From: Candidatus Latescibacterota bacterium
GTDB lineage: Bacteria; Latescibacterota; UBA2968
Length of the DNA stretch: 64,000 nucleotides
NCBI GenBank assembly: GCA_965198115.1
Contig: OZ240241.1
Coordinates: forward strand, 3,488,001 to 3,552,000
Direction of reading: 5' to 3'
Shown here: in pieces, positions 1 to 11,279 of the stretch
Layout: each line of letters opens with the position of its first letter
How positions within the stretch are numbered: the first letter of the stretch is position 1
Notes under the pieces: generated by a model
Told to the model about the DNA's origin: nothing
Databases searched by the model: none
Seen by the model: only the letters and a program-made list of their open reading frames with translations
Position numbers and translations under genes: made by a program

Positions 1-1117
1 GGGTTCATCGCATCGTATGACCAGGCACCCCCAAGCATCATTCTCGATATCGACGACACGGATGACCCAACGCACGGTGCGCAACAATTTTCACTCTTCA
101 ACGCGTATTACAATGAACACTGCTATATGCCGCTACATATCTATGAAGGCCAAAGCGGCAAGCTCATTACGACGATCTTGAGACCCGGGCATCCGACGAA
201 CGGTAAACAGGTCGTTTCTATTCTCAAGCGCTTGGTGGAACACCTACGCGGATCTTGGCCAAACGTGGAGATCATCGTTCGCGCAGACTCAAAGTTCAGC
301 TCACCAGAGATGCACGATTTCTGCGAAGACAACGGTATCTACTACGTTCTGGGCCAGGGCGCCAACTCCAAGCTCAAAGCGGCTGGACAAAACCTGATGG
401 ACCAAGCGCTACGTCTGAGCGAGCATAAGGAGACGATTCGCTTGTTCTCATCCTTCTCATATCAGGCTGGCACCTACCGGCAGCCTCGCCGGATCATTCA
501 CAAGGCTGAAGTCACAAACGGCGAAGCAAATCCAAGATACCGCGTGACCAATTTACAGAGTAATCGAGACGGCTTTATCTATGATCGTATCTACTGCGCA
601 AGGGGACGCACGGAAGGCTTCATCAAGGACCACAAAACATTCCTTCACTCCGATCGAACATCGTGCCACAAGTTTGAAGCCAACCAGTTCCGACTCTTTC
701 TACACAGTGCTGCATACGCCTTGCTTCACGCACTCCGATCACAGGGACTCAAGGGCACCGCGTGGACCAAACCTCAGGTCAACACGATACAGAACCGTTT
801 CCTCAAAATCGGCGCGAGAGTCATTGAAAGCGCACGAAGAATCCGATTCCATTTTCCAACATCGTATCCACTCAAAAACGTCTTGGTGTCAATCATCACC
901 AGGCTCGAAACGAACACGCAGTAACAACGCCGATCTATACCGGGGACAGCTATGTACACGTCGCAAAACAACACCTGTTCCGGACGAAAATCGTGACTCT
1001 TGCGACTCGTAGAGACCGCTTACGGGACCTTGGACATCCGAAGAAGCCGAGAACAAATCCTGTGCGTGATCACATCACTCCAAAACAACCTAAACTCAAA
1101 TTCATGCATGATTCAGG
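1..1117 (+). mobile_element. IS1380-family element, 5' part outside window; transposase <1..924
   Basis: Frame 1 reads IILDIDDTDDPTHGAQQFSLFNAYYNEHCYMPL, VRADS, YCARGRTEGFIKDHK, FEANQFRL. Right IR ttcatgcatgattcagg ends at 1117, followed by ctag. Near-identical 3' copy at 39135-40131. Confidence 0.9.
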
Positions 1118-1145
1118 CTAGCAAGCCACAGCACATAAATTCAAG

Positions 1146-2519
1146 GAGCTATAATCAAAAGGTGTGGAAAAAGAGAAAGGGCGACCCTACCCTTCCCGTG
1201 AGATAGTTGATTCACACAAAACCGGGTGAGAGGCCCGGTTGGGAAGGAGGATCGCCGTGAAGGAACATACGCATAGAGCCCCATTGAAGTCCATGCCGAC
1301 GTGGGAGACGGTTGACGATTGGATCCGTGAAGAGATCCAGGGCCGGTTCCAGTCCATTCTGGAGGAGGAGGCGACCGCGTTCTTGGGCCGGTCGTGGTAT
1401 GAGCGCCGAGCCGAGGTCGATAGCTCCAGGGGCTACAGGAACGGCTACGGCAAGCCCCGGCGTCTCTCGACGAGCTGCGGAACGATCAAGGTCCGGCGTC
1501 CCCGGGTTCGTGGTCTGGAAGAGCGGTTTGAAAGCCGCATCCTCCCCCTGTTCGCCCGGAGAACCAGGGCCATTGGAGATCTGCTTCCCGACCTTTATCT
1601 CCACGGTCTCTCCCAGGGCGACTTCGAGTTGTCTTTGCGTGCGCTGCTCGGTGATGGCGCGCCGCTTTCGCCGACCTCGATCGCTCGTCTTCGAGGGAAG
1701 TGGGAGGTCGACTTCCAGGACTGGAAAGAAAGGCGTCTGGATAATCGCGAACTGGTCTACGCCTGGGCTGATGGCATCTACGTCAAAGCCGGGCTCGAGC
1801 GCGAGAAGGCGTGTCTGCTGGTCGTGATCGGCGCGATGAGCGACGGCAGCAAGGAGATCCTGGCGATAGAACCCGGTTATCGAGAGTCTACAGAATCCTG
1901 GCTCACGGTGCTCCGGGATCTCCGGGATCGCGGGCTCGAACATCCTGTCCTGATCGCCGCGGACGGGAATATGGGCATCTGGGCGGCCGTTGATCAGGTC
2001 TGGCCAGAGAGCCGGCAACAACGGTGCTGGAACCACAAGATCCTCAACGTGCTCGACAAGGTCGCCAAGCGTGCACAGGCTGAAGCCCGCGCACTGCTCG
2101 TCCAGATCCCCTATGCCGGCACGAAAAAGGAGGCCGAGAAGCTCCGGAAACGCTTTGCCGCACGGTATCGCTCACAGTTCCCTGCCGCCGTGGAGACGCT
2201 CGAAAGAGACTGGGATCGGATGGTCACGTTCTACGACTTCCCGAAGGAACACTGGAAACACCTGAGAACCACGAACGTCGTCGAGAGCCCCTTTGCTTCC
2301 GTTCGGCTTCGCACAAACGCCGCCAGGCGATTCAAGAAAGTCAGGAACGCCACGACTCTCATCTGGCGTACGCTCAAGGTCGCAGAGAGCCGATTCAGGA
2401 AACTCACCGCGCCACACTTGCTACAACAAGTCTACGATCAGAAACACTCAACCGAACCGCAGGTCGAAGCCGGGAAGATGGCCGCCTGATTTCTTTTACA
2501 CACCTATTGACCTGAGCTC
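1146..2519 (+). mobile_element. IS256-family element copy 1; transposase ~1257..2489
   Basis: Motifs YRNGY, ADGIY, IAADG, QQRCWNH, RTTNVVES. IRs gagctataatcaaaaggtgtgg / cacacctattgacctgagctc. 8-bp TSD aattcaag at 1138-1145 and 2520-2527. Confidence 0.95.
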
Positions 2520-2536
2520 AATTCAAGCGGTACATT
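2507..2536 (+). promoter_or_regulatory. Candidate hybrid sigma70 promoter upstream of tRNA-Ile2
   Basis: TTGACC (2507-2512, inside the IS256 end), 18-bp spacer, TACATT (2531-2536, in flanking DNA). Confidence 0.4.
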
Positions 2537-2616
2537 TGTAGGCCGCAGGCCCATCGTTATCGTCTGTCCTCCGAAGTGGCGGAAATCTGTCTTCTGTGTT
2601 CTGTCATCTGGTAAAG

Positions 2617-2693
2617 GGGCCCATAGCTCAGCTGGTCAGAGCAGTCGACTCATAATCGATCGGTCGCAGGTTCGAATCCTGCTGGGCCCACCA
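2617..2693 (+). tRNA. tRNA with CAT anticodon, most likely tRNA-Ile2 (lysidine type)
   Basis: Acceptor stem GGGCCCA/TGGGCCC, D-arm AGCTCAGCTGGTCAGAGC, anticodon arm GTCGA-CTCATAA-TCGAT, GGTTCGAATCC, encoded CCA. Resembles Ile2 rather than Met tRNAs. Confidence 0.9.
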
Positions 2694-2695
2694 AC

Positions 2696-3898
2696 TTAAC
2701 TTGCTGTTACTACGTTGCTTACAGAGCCGTCCTCCGGGCGGCTTTCTGTGTTCTGAGACGTGTTTTGACCCCCGGTGTCCATCGAGTGTCCATCAGCCCC
2801 AGCCAACCACGAGCTCAGTTTCTCGGTCGCGTCCTGTAAGAAGCCGGGCGCAACGTGTGCATAACGAAGCGTCATCGCATACGACTTGTGTCCGAGGATC
2901 TTTCCTACCGTTCGCAGGTCCACACCCGCCATCACCAGTTGACTTGCCGCCGTGTGACGAAGGCCGTGCCAGGTGAAGTGCCGTTGGATACCTGCACGCC
3001 TGAGTGCAGTCCCGAACCGCTTTCTGAGGTCAGTGTAAGGCCGGCCGCTGGCGGGGTTGACAAACACGTGGGCGATGATTCTACCCCCCATTCGAACCTA
3101 GGTCTTCCGATGCTCGGCCAGGGCCTCGGCAAGCCGCTCGTTCATCGGAACGTGCCGAGTCTCGTGGTTCTTCGTATTTCGCAGGGTGATCTGACGAAGC
3201 CCGAAGTCTACGTCCTTCCATTGCAACTTCATCTGTTCCCCCCAACGCAACCCCGTGTTCACAGCCATCAGCACGGCCGGATAGAGCCGTTCGTCGCAAG
3301 CGGCCAGAAGCCTTCGCACTTCCTCAACTTCCAGATAATCGGCTTCCCGGACGACATCGCGCTCCTGCTTGATCCCGGCCGCTGGGCTGACCTCCAGGTA
3401 GCCCCATTCGACCGCTTTTCCCAGCATATGCTTGATCCGACATACCTCCCGGTTGACGCTGGCCTTCGTGAGCCTCCGGCCCTGCCACGGCCCTACCAGG
3501 CCGGCCTGACGCCTGACGAGGTAGCTCTCGAGGTCGTGGAGCGTGAGAGTGTGTAGGTAGCGACAGCCGAAGACGGGATTGAACCCCTTCTTGATCTTCG
3601 TCGTTTCCGCCGCCACGAAGGACGGACGACGCTTTGGCCCCCACCACCGGAGGTATTCCTCGGCGAAGTCAGCGAACGTGATCCGCTTCTGCTTCTCTCT
3701 TCGGATCTCGCCCTTCAGCCCATCGACCCTCGTTCGGTCCCGCCATTCTCGGGCGAGATCCAGCCGAGGAAAAGTTCGTCTCCGCCTTATTCGCTGTTCC
3801 GTCTCTACATCTCGAATGCTGACATCGACGAGGTAACCCTTCTTGCCAACGCACCGACAGATGCCGGCCTCGACACGTTCTCCCTTTTTACAAGGCAT
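2696..3898 (-). pseudogene. Tyrosine integrase with one in-frame TAG at 3098-3100
   Basis: ORFs 3098..3976 and 2696..3091 share a frame (AAG ACC TAG GTT CGA ATG). Catalytic motifs NTGLRWGE, NTKN, WHGLRH, ILGH, LRYAH. Directly abuts the tRNA 3' end. Confidence 0.9.
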
Positions 3899-4101
3899 GA
3901 AGTTCCTTTCCTTTCGCCGGTATTTCCGACGCCTTCCACGACCTGAATATAGGCTGGAAGGTGACGCGTTGGACACATTGACACGTTCCTGCTCAATTTC
4001 TCGCGATGGAATCCTATAGCCCAGAAAGCCCGAATTGGCGGAAATGCGTCCTGTATCTTTTGCAGGAGCCGTCCCAACTGATTACTGGTCAACAGGTTGG
4101 G

Positions 4102-6327
4102 CTATGGACGTGTTTCATCCAAGAGCCCTATGCCTTTTCGCTCCCAATTGCCACGAACCTTTGCTTTTGCAAAGCCTCGCTCCTCGAGCTTCATACCAAG
4201 CGACTTCTGTGTTAAAGGGCGCTCACCGTTTTCCTCACACCAGGACTTGTATGTCTCATACAGCGACCCAGAGCGAACGTTGTACGCCTCGCCAACAATG
4301 CAGCATTCGTTGATGAATGCTCCAAGGACATCCATATCTGAACGATAGGCTTGAGTGGCATCCCGAACGGCTTGTGGCGCGGCGAGCCCTTCGTCCTTCC
4401 ACATCAAGTAGCCTTTGTGGGCCCACGTGAGGATGCCCGAATGCTCAGCTCGTAGTTTGCCGCTGGGCCCTTTGAGGGTGGGGTCCTGCTCCCCTGGAGG
4501 AATCTGAGCCTGAAACGGGATAAGTCGAATTCGCCTCCAGATCGCGTCATCAGTCCCTCTCACGCTCGGCCTATGGTTGCAGCTCACCCACACCTTGAAT
4601 TCGGGAGTGAATTCAAAAAACTCTCTATGCAGGAAACGGGCAGTGACCCGATCCCCTCCAGTCATCGCTTTGACTTTGGACTCTGCGAGGCCTCTGTTCT
4701 CCTCGGTCTCAGCGGCAGATACAAACCGAGCACTGCGAAGCCGGGCCAGGTCGTTGGTAGGGGCATCGGGCCGGCGAGCCATCAGCGTCTCCGTGGGTGT
4801 CTGCAAGGCGTAGTCCCCAAGGAGTGCAGCGATCGTCTCGATGAAGGTGCTCTTTCCATTGGCACCAGTTCCGTGAAGGATGAAAAGACACTCCTCATCT
4901 GTTGATCCGCTCAGACTGTAGCCCACGGCTTTCTGTGCGAAGCGAATCAGCTCCCCGTCGCCCAGTAGAACACGATCAAGGAACGCCCTCCAGGTCGGAC
5001 ACTGGGCATTCGCGTCGAAGCTGACCGGGGCGACCATCGTGATCAGGTCTTCTCTTCGGTGCTCCTGCAGGTTCCCGGTACGTAGATCCAAAGTCCCATT
5101 GACCAAGTTGAGTTCGTCAGGATGTCGGTCGAAGTCTTCAATGACTGTGGGAAACGGCTCTTTCGTTTGTGCGCTGGCCACCATAGCCTTGATGCGAGCG
5201 TGGTTCAACGACCCCCTCGCCCAATTGAGGATGTGTTTAACCTGCTCAACGTCCACGATTTCGTGCGCTTCATCTGGGATCGCCCTCACTGTATCGACGG
5301 CAAGCTGCTGAACCTTCCCGCGTCGATCCAACTCCCAGTGCGTGCCCTGCCAAGACATCCATCCCTTTTCGAAACAGAAAAGGATTTGGCCGCCGTGGTG
5401 GTGTGCAAGCCTTTCGGCGTTTCCGTCGTCTGTCAGGGTGAACCGCTGAGGAACGGGAACCTTGGATTCCTGCCACAGGTCTGCCCCGGCGAGGATGCGC
5501 TCCACGGTTTCTCGTGTCGCGCCCTTAGCAATGAGATCAGCCACGTCGCCTTTCGGGGGCAATTCTTTGGGCGGCTCTACCACGGTGCTCTCGGAGGCGT
5601 AATCCCGAAGTGACCGTGCCACCGTTTCCATGTGACGCCGTCCCGTCTTGTCGTTGTCGGGCCACAAGATGACTTGTATTCCTTCGAAGTATGGTCCGTA
5701 TTCATCCTTCCACTTTCCTGCGCCGAATGGATTCGTGGTGGCGGGAATGCCAAGCTCCCAGAGAGCGTCGACGCACTTTTCTCCTTCAACGATGACGACG
5801 GTGTCCGCATCCCTGAATTCAGGCAGCCGATAGGGAACCAGCCTCACGCCGGCTTTCTTGTAGATCCATCCCCCGTCTGGCTTAGGTGCCCGAAAGATGA
5901 AGTCCTTCCCCCTGCCCTTCCTTCCGGGTTCTCGGCGCTGGATTTGGAAAAGATGCTTACTCTCCTCATCGGTGTAGTCGTATTGGGCGGTGACGACCGG
6001 TTTCACGGGGTGGTTGGCCGAAGTCCCAGACTCGCGCTTGAGAATATTCACGGCCTCTTGGAAGCTCACCGCTTCCATCTTCCTGACCAGGTCGATGATG
6101 TCGGCACCCTTTTCCCCGAAACAGCCCTGCGACCAACATCTGACCCGCTGATGTTCCTCGTCAATCTGAAGGGACGGATTCTTATCACCGTTGTTGTGGT
6201 TCTCGGGGAACGGGCAATGCCCCCACCCCCGCTCGTCGGTCTCGAGGCGGTATTGAGATTTCGCAAAGTCCGCGATGTCAAAGCGCCCCTTAAGTGCGGC
6301 AACGCCGGACCTGTCTGAACCACGCAT
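4102..6327 (-). CDS. P4/D5-family primase-helicase (CHC2 zinc finger, TOPRIM, D5_N, SF3 helicase)
   Basis: GHCPF..H...D..PSL and RCW..C; IVEGEKC and WPDND; TDDGNAERL; Walker A GTGANGKST; NDLARLRSARFV; DDAIWRRI. 741 aa, intact. Confidence 0.92.
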   Translation of the reverse strand: MRGSDRSGVAALKGRFDIADFAKSQYRLETDERGWGHCPFPENHNNGDKNPSLQIDEEHQRVRCWSQGCFGEKGADIIDLVRKMEAVSFQEAVNILKRESGTSANHPVKPVVTAQYDYTDEESKHLFQIQRREPGRKGRGKDFIFRAPKPDGGWIYKKAGVRLVPYRLPEFRDADTVVIVEGEKCVDALWELGIPATTNPFGAGKWKDEYGPYFEGIQVILWPDNDKTGRRHMETVARSLRDYASESTVVEPPKELPPKGDVADLIAKGATRETVERILAGADLWQESKVPVPQRFTLTDDGNAERLAHHHGGQILFCFEKGWMSWQGTHWELDRRGKVQQLAVDTVRAIPDEAHEIVDVEQVKHILNWARGSLNHARIKAMVASAQTKEPFPTVIEDFDRHPDELNLVNGTLDLRTGNLQEHRREDLITMVAPVSFDANAQCPTWRAFLDRVLLGDGELIRFAQKAVGYSLSGSTDEECLFILHGTGANGKSTFIETIAALLGDYALQTPTETLMARRPDAPTNDLARLRSARFVSAAETEENRGLAESKVKAMTGGDRVTARFLHREFFEFTPEFKVWVSCNHRPSVRGTDDAIWRRIRLIPFQAQIPPGEQDPTLKGPSGKLRAEHSGILTWAHKGYLMWKDEGLAAPQAVRDATQAYRSDMDVLGAFINECCIVGEAYNVRSGSLYETYKSWCEENGERPLTQKSLGMKLEERGFAKAKVRGNWERKGIGLLDETRP

Positions 6328-6330
6328 CGA

Positions 6331-6516
6331 TCACTTGCTTTCCGAGTCAACACGACAGCTCTCGATGTAAGCCTCGAGGTCGCTGGCCATGAAGAAAAGC
6401 CTGGAGCCAAGCTTGTATTTTGTGAGTATGCCCTCGGCCGAAAGCTTATAGATACGAGACAGACTACAGTGGAGGATGCGCCTGGCCTCTTCGGGTGACA
6501 CGAGTTGGCTATTCAT
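6331..6516 (-). CDS. Excisionase-like helix-turn-helix protein
   Basis: 61 aa, LVSPEEARRILHCSLSRIYKL...KLGSRLFF..DLEAYI. Ends 3 nt before the primase start. Confidence 0.85.
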   Translation of the reverse strand: MNSQLVSPEEARRILHCSLSRIYKLSAEGILTKYKLGSRLFFMASDLEAYIESCRVDSESK

Positions 6517-6577
6517 ACAGCTCTCCCTGGTAAGCTATGTTCTCCTCGATCTTCACACCTTATCGTAGGCCAGGGGG

Positions 6578-6619
6578 CAAAAAAATCGGGGGTAAGCGAT
6601 TGTGTTCCCGCTTACCCCC
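6578..6619 (-). terminator. Intrinsic terminator or operator upstream of the excisionase
   Basis: Perfect 11-bp IR gggggtaagcg (6588-6598) / cgcttaccccc (6609-6619), followed on the minus strand by a T run. Confidence 0.6.
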
Positions 6620-6668
6620 ATTCGTGTAACACGATGATTTTATTAAGGCTACATCACGACCAGTATTC

Positions 6669-8774
6669 TCATCTTTTCATGATTTTTCTCACTGTTTCAC
6701 TCGACAGCCCTCTTTGGGATGCAATGAACTCCATAGTGACGGCGCTGGGAGACTTCTCACGCAGGGCATCTACGATCCATTCGGCTCTTCCTCCGTCCGC
6801 CCCGACTCGGGTCGCCTCTGCGAGGAGCACGCGAAATTCATCCAATCCAGGCTCGAATTCCAAGTCTTTGGGCCACGCTTTACCCCAGAGAACCAGTTCT
6901 GCGACCTTAGTACTCCTGTTCGCAAATACGGTTACGTATTCTAAGCAGACTTTGCCAAGGGCGTATCGTAGAACCTGAGTTTGTCGATCATCTCCGCGAG
7001 ATCTGTTCGTGTGAACTTCCATTTGAAGGGTGTGGCGATACGTCCGTAGCGTTCCTGAAAACCGAGGATTCTTGCCTCAAGCTCTTCGAGCGATGCAAAT
7101 TCGATAGGTGTCAGAGCCTTGCGTTTGAGGATCGAGAAGTAGATCTCGATCTGATTGAGCCAGCTTGCGTGGATCGGAAGGTGAACGGGGTGGATGTTTG
7201 GCCACTTCCCCTGGATACGGTCGATGCATGTTTGCCCTCGGTGCGAGGAGCCATTATCCACGATGAGGTAGACTTTCTTTGCCGAGCAATAGGGTTTCCG
7301 GCTCATGATCAGGCTCAGGAGCCGGTTGAAGGGCTCGATACCCGAAGAAGACTCACAGAGACCGAAGATTCGACCATTGTGCACGTCGAGAGCAGCCAGA
7401 TAGGCCAGGGCTCCTTTCCGCTCGTATTCGTGTTTCAACGCGTGCCGCTCTGTTCGAGGCTGGCGGTAGGGTAACGTGCTTGCGAGCTCGTGCTTGAATA
7501 CTGGTCTTTTCGTCGGCAGAAAGTACATATTCCCTCGGCCCTAAAGGCTTTCCTTGCCATTGGCGGTGATACAGATCAAGGACTCTACCTGCTTTGGTTT
7601 GGAAGTCCGGGTCCCGTGGGAAAATCCAGGAGCGATGATACCAAGGACGAATCGCGTCCTCGTTCAACCAGCGCCAGACAGTGGCGCCGCTGATCTTGGC
7701 AACGAAGCCCCTTTGCACTGCCTCGGCGGCAATCTCGGAACAGCTGAACCGCGAGAGCGGTATCCCGCTCTCGCTCGGTAGTTCACACGCCAGCGCCTTG
7801 ATCTGAACGACCACCTGAGGGGGGAAAACCGGGCGGGCGCCCGGGACGAGATCTATCTTCGAGTCCCGAAAGACGCTCTTCGAAAAAGCGCTTACGCCAT
7901 TTGCTTACGATCGGACGCGGGACATCCAACCGTTGGGCGATAATCTTGTTGGATAATCCCTCGGCGGCGAGAAGCACGATTTTCGATCGGATCACTTGAT
8001 AATACGATAACGTATATTGTCCAGCCATTCGCTCGAGGTCGACCCGTTCCTTCTCAGACAGTAGCACCACATAAGGCGAACGTCTTGGCATTGTTCTCCT
8101 CCTTTTGAAGGAGAACATAAGCTACAAATAATGTTCAGGACATACGTAATAATATTTATGAACCCATGCACTTAGCGACATCCGGATCGACGAATGCCCT
8201 TGTTATGACTAGGTTTTCTTCTTAGGGCCTTCTTGAGCAGCTGAAAATTCGACAGTAGCTCATTGTATTCGGACCGAATTGACCATTCGTCGAGGGAAGT
8301 CGTCTTATTGGACCCTCCAACTGGCGCGGGATCAAGCGCCTTTCCGACTTCGCGAAGCCACGCTGAGTAGATCCTGCGCTGCGGCCCTTGTCGTGGTAGC
8401 TCGCGTGCCATTGTCACCAGTATCCGAGACTTGCTTGTATGGGGAGGCAGCACAACCACTCTGGACCGCCTCTCGATAGGAGTCCAGTAACGATCGCACA
8501 GGGAAGTGGTGCCACAAGATTCATTTCCAGCGAGTCAGCGTCGAATTTCTTCTCCGTGTAGTTGTCGATCGCCTCCCGAAAACACCCATCATCTCGATTT
8601 CGCGCGATCGCCGCATCCACGCTTTCCCAATCAAAGGCTCGCCCCTCAATGAGGTCTTCGGCCAGCCGGTAATCGTCATTGGGCGAAGCCTTGCTCGACA
8701 AAGGGGTCGTGTCGTCCCTTGTATCAAGGGCTTCCACCTTTGGTGACTCACGGTCTTTTCCTGGGCCGGGCTCA
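6669..8774 (-). pseudogene. Island hypothetical gene split by IS630 copy 1 and 5'-truncated by copy 2
   Basis: Removing IS630 copy 1 and one TAA repeat gives a continuous reading AFVDPDVAKVAELVLWGK. HTH-like C-terminus (IASQRGLSSETVRKIMKR). Further frameshifts upstream. Confidence 0.55.
6910..8171 (-). mobile_element. IS630-family element copy 1
   Basis: HTH (RSKIVLLAAEG..VSKWRKRF), ADEKT, IVDNGSSH, HLPIHASWLNQIEIYFS. TTA on both flanks (6907-6909, 8172-8174). Confidence 0.92.
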
Positions 8775-10037
8775 TTGCATGGTTTCATAAACATTATTAC
8801 GTATGTCCTGAACATTATTTGTAGCTTATGTTCTCCTTCAAAAGGAGGAGAACAATGCCAAGACGTTCGCCTTATGTGGTGCTACTGTCTGAGAAGGAAC
8901 GGGTCGACCTCGAGCGAATGGCTGGACAATATACGTTACCGTATTATCAAGTGATCCGATCGAAAATCGTGCTTCTCGCCGCCGAGGGATTATCCAACAA
9001 GATTATCGCCCAACGGTTGGATGTCCCGCGTCCGATCGTAAGCAAATGGCGTAAGCGCTTTTTCGAAGAGCGTCTTTCGGGACTCGAAGATAGATCTCGT
9101 CCCGGGCGCCCGCCCGGTTTTTCCCCCCTCAGGTGGTCGTTCAGATCAAGGCGCTGGCGTGTGAACTACCGAGCGAGAGCGGGATACCGCTCTCGCGGTT
9201 CAGCTGTTCCGAGATTGCCGCCGAGGCAGTGCAAAGGGGCTTCGTTGCCAAGATCAGCGGCGCCACTGTCTGGCGCTGGTTGAACGAGGACGCGATTCGT
9301 CCTTGGTATCATCGCTCCTGGATTTTCCCACGGGACCCGGACTTCCAAACCAAAGCAGGTAGAGTCCTTGATCTGTATCACCGCCAATGGCAAGGAAAGC
9401 CTTTAGGGCCGAGGGAATATGTACTTTCTGCCGACGAAAAGACCAGTATTCAAGCACGAGCTCGCAAGCACGTTACCCTACCGCCAGCCTCGAACAGAGC
9501 GGCACGCGTTGAAACACGAATACGAGCGGAAAGGAGCCCTGGCCTATCTGGCTGCTCTCGACGTGCACAATGGTCGAATCTTCGGTCTCTGTGAGTCTTC
9601 TTCGGGTATCGAGCCCTTCAACCGGCTCCTGAGCCTGATCATGAGCCGGAAACCCTATTGCTCGGCAAAGAAAGTCTACCTCATCGTGGATAATGGCTCC
9701 TCGCACCGAGGGCAAACATGCATCGACCGTATCCAGGGGAAGTGGCCAAACATCCACCCCGTTCACCTTCCGATCCACGCAAGCTGGCTCAATCAGATCG
9801 AGATCTACTTCTCGATCCTCAAACGCAAGGCTCTGACACCTATCGAATTTGCATCGCTCGAAGAGCTTGAGGCAAGAATCCTCGGTTTTCAGGAACGCTA
9901 CGGACGTATCGCCACACCCTTCAAATGGAAGTTCACACGAACAGATCTCGCGGAGATGATCGACAAACTCAGGTTCTACGATACGCCCTTGGCAAAGTCT
10001 GCTTAGAATACGTCACCGTATTTGAGAACAGGAGTAC
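8775..10037 (+). mobile_element. IS630-family element copy 2
   Basis: Near-identical inverted copy of 6910-8171. Flanks TCA/TAA do not match, suggesting an adjacent deletion. Confidence 0.92.
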
Positions 10038-10339
10038 TAAGGACCCCACCGGCCTCGGGGAGACCTTAGTTGCGATTTAGCCATAGAGTTTGGTCGCTTG
10101 AAGGTCCCAACCCCCCGTCGCGCCGCTTTACGCTTCGGCTTCTGACTTTCCCGCCCAATCTCCTGACGAACCTGACTCGGCTGCCAATCTTGGAACTTAC
10201 GATTGTCCCTCACGACGTAGTTCCGGCCGACTTTCTCGCCGTCGATCGCCTTCCGCTGAATTGCTTCAGCGATTGCCTGCCGCGAACAACCCTTCAGATC
10301 CGCTGCCGTCGTTGTGTTTATCATACTCGTTCGTGCCAT
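10038..10339 (-). CDS. Small HTH DNA-binding protein, 3' end at the IS630 junction
   Basis: INTTTAADLKGCSRQAIAEAIQRKAIDGEKVGRNYVV resembles excisionase-type HTH proteins. Confidence 0.55.
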
Positions 10340-10423
10340 ATGTCCGAATATAGTCACTTGACAGATCGCAAGCCAACTGCCTGTGTGCGAAGGGGAAGTC
10401 CACTTCAACAGAGGAGAGAAGAT

Positions 10424-11276
10424 CATGGGAGAGCTCCGCGACCGGATGATTCGGGACATGCAGATCAAGGGGTATAGCCCGTATACCCAAGCCGCCTATC
10501 TGAGAGGGGCCACCGAGTTTGTGCGCTACTTCCACCTCTCACCAGAGGATCTCGGACAGGAAGAGATCAGGACGTATCTCCACCATCTGGTCATCGATCG
10601 CAAAGTCTCGCAGAGTTACCTCGGTCAGGTCTACAGTGGACTGAAGTTCCTGTTCCAGACGACGATGCGGAGAGACTGGGTAGATTGGCGCATTCCTCGA
10701 GCCAGACGCGGCAAGACGTTGCCGGTGGTCCTCTCAAAGGAAGAGATTCGCGGGCTGTTTGATGTCACGACGAACCTGAAGCATCGCGCCTTGTTCAAGA
10801 CGATCTATTCCGGCGGTCTACGGGCTGCCGAGGCAGTCGCTCTGCAAGCCCGCCGACATCGACAGCGACCGGATGCTGATCGGGTCAGGGGGAAGGGAAG
10901 GCGGGAAAGGGATACGCTGCGGCCAGAGAAGCCCTGGACGCTCTGCGGGCCTATCAAGATCGCCACCAACCCGGAACCTGGCTGTTCCCCAGGGCAGAAG
11001 GAACGCTCACCGGTGGTCACCAACACCGTGGGCAAGGTCTTCGCAAAGGCGAAGCAGAAAGCGGAGATCCACAAGCCAGCGTCCGTCCACTCCCTCCGGC
11101 ACAGCTTTGCCACGCATCTGCTTGATGCCGGCGTGGATCTGTTCCATATCCAGAAGCTTCTGGGCCACAGCAGCGTCAAGACAACGACCATCTATCTGCA
11201 CGTATCCACTCGGGATCTTGAAAGGATACAAAGCCCGCTGGATCTGATGGAGGAACCGTCAAAGCCGATCTCGTAA
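10424..11276 (+). pseudogene. Tyrosine recombinase of the type usually paired with IS91-like transposases; compensating internal frameshifts
   Basis: LRDRMIRDMQIKGYSPYTQAAY, LPVVLS, YSGGLR, HSLRHSFATHLL, LLGH, TTIYLH. Segment ~10850-11000 reads out of frame. RBS gaggag upstream. Confidence 0.8.
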
Positions 11277-11279
11277 GGA

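Noticed and set aside
6910-10037. Composite transposon from two inverted IS630 copies, with outer flanks forming cctTAagg
   Set aside because: Copy 1 has its own matching TTA repeats, and removing it alone restores a reading frame, so the insertions look independent.
10424-11276. Integron integrase with a cassette array
   Set aside because: No IntI-specific insertion is evident and no attC-like repeats were seen.
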